A DNA stretch of 64,000 nucleotides from Spirochaetia bacterium (lineage in GTDB: Bacteria > Spirochaetota > Spirochaetia > SZUA-6 > Bin103), in contig CBDAOI010000004.1 of the NCBI GenBank assembly GCA_965198005.1, positions 1,216,001 to 1,280,000 on the forward strand, given 5' to 3'. The notes beneath the pieces were generated by a model. That model did no database searches, was not told the DNA's origin, and saw nothing but the letters and a program-made list of their open reading frames with translations. A program made the position numbers and the translations under genes. Shown piece by piece: positions 61,445-64,000 of this stretch (positions are counted from its first letter, which is position 1; every line of letters starts with the position of its first letter).

Positions 61445-61598
61445 TCCCAGGGTTGACGTTGCGCGCGTATCCGTTGAAATATAAGCTGAATGATTTTTGG
61501 CGGCTCGGCGTGGAGGTGCTTGATCCGTTCGCGGCCGAAGCAGAACCGCCCGCGCCTCCGCCGGCGAGTCCGTCGGGTTCGCAGGACGGACAGGCGTA

Positions 61599-62161
61599 AT
61601 GGTGAAGCTGACCGGGGCGGAGGGGCGCCGCAAGCGCGACGAGTTGGTGGAGGCGGGCTACACCGTGGTTGCGGGCGTGGTCGGAGCGGATGCTGGAGCA
61701 GCGGCCGGTCGACCCCAGGTACCGCTACCAGGGCAGCGACGTCGCGGTGTGCTGGAGGCGTGCCGGCGGCTGGAGTTGGAGCACCTCAGGTCGAGCGAGA
61801 GCGTCGTCATGCTGTCGAAATCGGGCCACGGCCCGCCGCTGTACTGGCATCAGGACTGCGTGTTCTGGGACAGCCCGCGCGCCGCCACCCCCTGGCCGAC
61901 GCGCATGTCGCTGGCGTTCTATCTGACCGACACGCGGCGCGAGAACGGCTGCCTGCGGGTCATTCCCGGCACCCACCGCCGGCGCATCGACCTGCACGAC
62001 CCGCTGCCGAACGCGCACGAGGCGGAGATTCAGGCGATCACCGAGCTCCCGAGCCGCCCGGCTGGTGGACGGGGTCCGTGCCGGAGGTGGTGCGCCGGGC
62101 CGATCCGGACGCCGGCTTCGCGTGGAACCGTACGCCCAGCCGCTACCTGGGCATGGGCTGA
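61599..62161 (+). pseudogene. Phytanoyl-CoA dioxygenase (PhyH) family, fragmented
   Basis: LYWHQD, YLTDTRRENGCLRVIPGTH; the distal His/Arg segment is absent and there are frame changes. Confidence 0.8.
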
Positions 62162-62170
62162 GCCGCGGGG

Positions 62171-63406
62171 GTGCGGTCGGAAACACGGCTGGTCGTCGTA
62201 ACCGGTCCCAGGGTCTTCGCCTCGTTCCGGGTGCCCGACTTCCGCAACCTGTGGGTCGGCAACGGCCTGCTGTTCCTCGGCGCCCAGATCCGGATCGTCG
62301 CCAACGGCTACCTGGCGTACGAGCTGACCTCGTCGCCGCTGCTGCTCGGCATCGTGAGCCTGGGGTTCGCCGTCCCGATGCTGCTGCTGAGCCCGCTCGG
62401 CGGCGCGCTGGCCGACCGCCTGGACCGTCGGCGGCTGGTGCAGACCGCCCAGAGCGCGTTCGCGGTGGTGGCGGGGCTGGTGGCGCTGGTGATCCTGACC
62501 GGCGTGGTGAGCTGGGTGCATCTGCTGGCGGGCGCCCTGCTGCAGGGGGCGATCTGGAGCATCCTGGTGCCGTCCCGCCAAGCGCTCATCCCGAGCATCG
62601 TCGGCCGCCGCCTGATGAGCAACGCGCTGGCGCTGATGGCGGGCGGCTTCAGCGCCGCGGTGCTGGCCGGACCGGCGCTTGGCGGCGCGCTCTACGGCTG
62701 GATCGGGCCGGGCCTGACCTACCTGGTGGTGTCCGGTTGCGCGCTGGGCTCGGTGCTTCTGACCGGGCGCATCACTGCCGCGGCGGGCCGTGGCCGCACG
62801 CGCGGCAGGCGCTCGGTATGGGCGGGCATGCTGGACGTGCTGCGCTACGTGCGCGACCGCCCGACCCTGCTGCTGCTGCTGGCGATGGCGCTCGCGTACG
62901 CGTTGCTGGCGATGCCGTTCCGGCTGATCCTGCCGGTGTTCGTGGTCGACCTGTACCAGCGCGGACCCAAAGCGCTGGGCCTGCTCGCCAGCGCCATGGG
63001 CGTGGGATCGGTGGCGGCGTCGCTGGCGGTCGCGCGGCTGCGTCCGGGGCACCGCGGCCGGCTGCTGGTCGGCGGCGGGCTGCTGGCCGGCGCCGCGATC
63101 CTGGCGATCGCCGCGGTCCCGGTCTACACCTTCGGCCTGCTCGGGATGCTGGTGATGGGAGTCGCGGACGTCACCCGCCGGTCGCTGAATCAGGCGCTCC
63201 TGCTGGAGGGCAGCGACCCGGAGTACCACGGCCGCGTCGTCAGCCTGTTCATGATCACCTTCGGGCTGATGCCCCTGGGCGGGTTGCCCGCCAGCGCGCT
63301 GGCCGAGCTGTTCGGCGGCCGGCTCGCCGGCGCCGTCCTCGGCGGCGGGTTGGTGCTGGTCTCCCTGCTCGTGCTCAGCAGCCGCCGCATGCGTCAACTC
63401 CGGTAG
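62171..63406 (+). CDS. MFS transporter (MFS_3/EntS-like)
   Basis: FRNLW.G, GGALADRLDRRR, PSRQALIP, YHGRVVSL; about 12 TM segments. Confidence 0.9.
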   Translation: MRSETRLVVVTGPRVFASFRVPDFRNLWVGNGLLFLGAQIRIVANGYLAYELTSSPLLLGIVSLGFAVPMLLLSPLGGALADRLDRRRLVQTAQSAFAVVAGLVALVILTGVVSWVHLLAGALLQGAIWSILVPSRQALIPSIVGRRLMSNALALMAGGFSAAVLAGPALGGALYGWIGPGLTYLVVSGCALGSVLLTGRITAAAGRGRTRGRRSVWAGMLDVLRYVRDRPTLLLLLAMALAYALLAMPFRLILPVFVVDLYQRGPKALGLLASAMGVGSVAASLAVARLRPGHRGRLLVGGGLLAGAAILAIAAVPVYTFGLLGMLVMGVADVTRRSLNQALLLEGSDPEYHGRVVSLFMITFGLMPLGGLPASALAELFGGRLAGAVLGGGLVLVSLLVLSSRRMRQLR

Positions 63407-63442
63407 GCTCCCGCCCCTCCGGCCGCGATACCAGTGAACCGA

Positions 63443-63958
63443 ATGTTTACGAGAAGGAGATGGCTGTGCGCCAACCGCTGCCCCAACTTCATGGTGGCCC
63501 CGGAGGTGATCCGCGCCCACGGCGACATGAGCGACTGGCAGAACGTCGTCGGCACCGGCCCGTTCATGCTCACCGACTTCGTTTCCGGATCGTCGGTCAC
63601 CTAGCAGCGGCCGGCTGGCGCTGCCGGGCATGGGCTGGAGTTCGCTCACCTTCGAGCAGCGCCGGAATACGCGGAGTGGTCGGACGACCTCAAGTGGCAG
63701 CACCAATACGACCCGCTCATGGATCAGGTCGCCACGGTGACCGACAACGAGACGATGACGGAGTTGATGCGCGCGGTGGACCTGCACTACATCAGCGAGA
63801 TGTGGTCGGTGGCCTGGCCGCTCAGTCCGAGCGGCATGATGCACCAGCCGTGGCTGAAGGGGTACGCCGGCCAGCTCGGCGCCGCGATGGAGCACGGCGT
63901 GTACCTGCTGCCGTACCTGTGGATCGACCAGGAACTGAAAGCTCAGATGGACCACTAA
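63443..63958 (+). pseudogene. Family-5 SBP reduced to colinear fragments
   Basis: MFTRRRWL | PEVIRAHGDMSDWQNVVGTGPFMLTDFVSGSSVT* | YAEWSDDLKWQHQYDP | LMDQ...QPWLKGY...LWIDQELKAQMDH*. Confidence 0.85.
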
Positions 63959-64000
63959 GCCCCCGGGAACTCTCTGCCTGGAGTCTGTCGGCGTGGCAGA

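Overview
High-GC bacterial DNA with no rRNA, tRNA or CRISPR array that I can detect. The style of the peptide-binding proteins suggests a host- or sponge-associated Spirochaetota-like organism; this is inference only. The window has four main parts. (i) 1-20 kb: several paralogous Dpp/Opp-type ABC peptide transporter loci (one intact, the others frameshifted or fragmentary, none with an ATPase), interspersed with toxin-antitoxin-type and accessory genes (Rpn, DUF4143 ATPase, HicB, UPF0175, an uncharacterised small gene pair) and a decayed IS. (ii) 20-40 kb: a LivHMGF operon split by a 1.94-kb single-gene insert flanked by a 63-bp direct duplication, followed by metabolic genes (UxaA/SuyAB-like pair, 5'-nucleotidase, CPA2-PTS EIIA fusion, lone SdhA, CHAD, LivK). 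(iii) 40-57.5 kb: a defence island (AAA ATPases, large 2OG-Fe(II) oxygenase, decayed helicase-DUF3883 / DUF1156 methylase / DUF499 restriction-like system with embedded TA pairs, TM0106 nuclease-helicase). (iv) 57.7-64 kb: an ATP-grasp + M20 peptidase pair, then a run of gene remnants. The most pervasive signal is more than a dozen genes reduced by internal deletions to colinear fragments, several junctions at short microhomologies, with toxic or effector components preferentially destroyed. Family assignments come from motif recognition by eye; no database searches were run.
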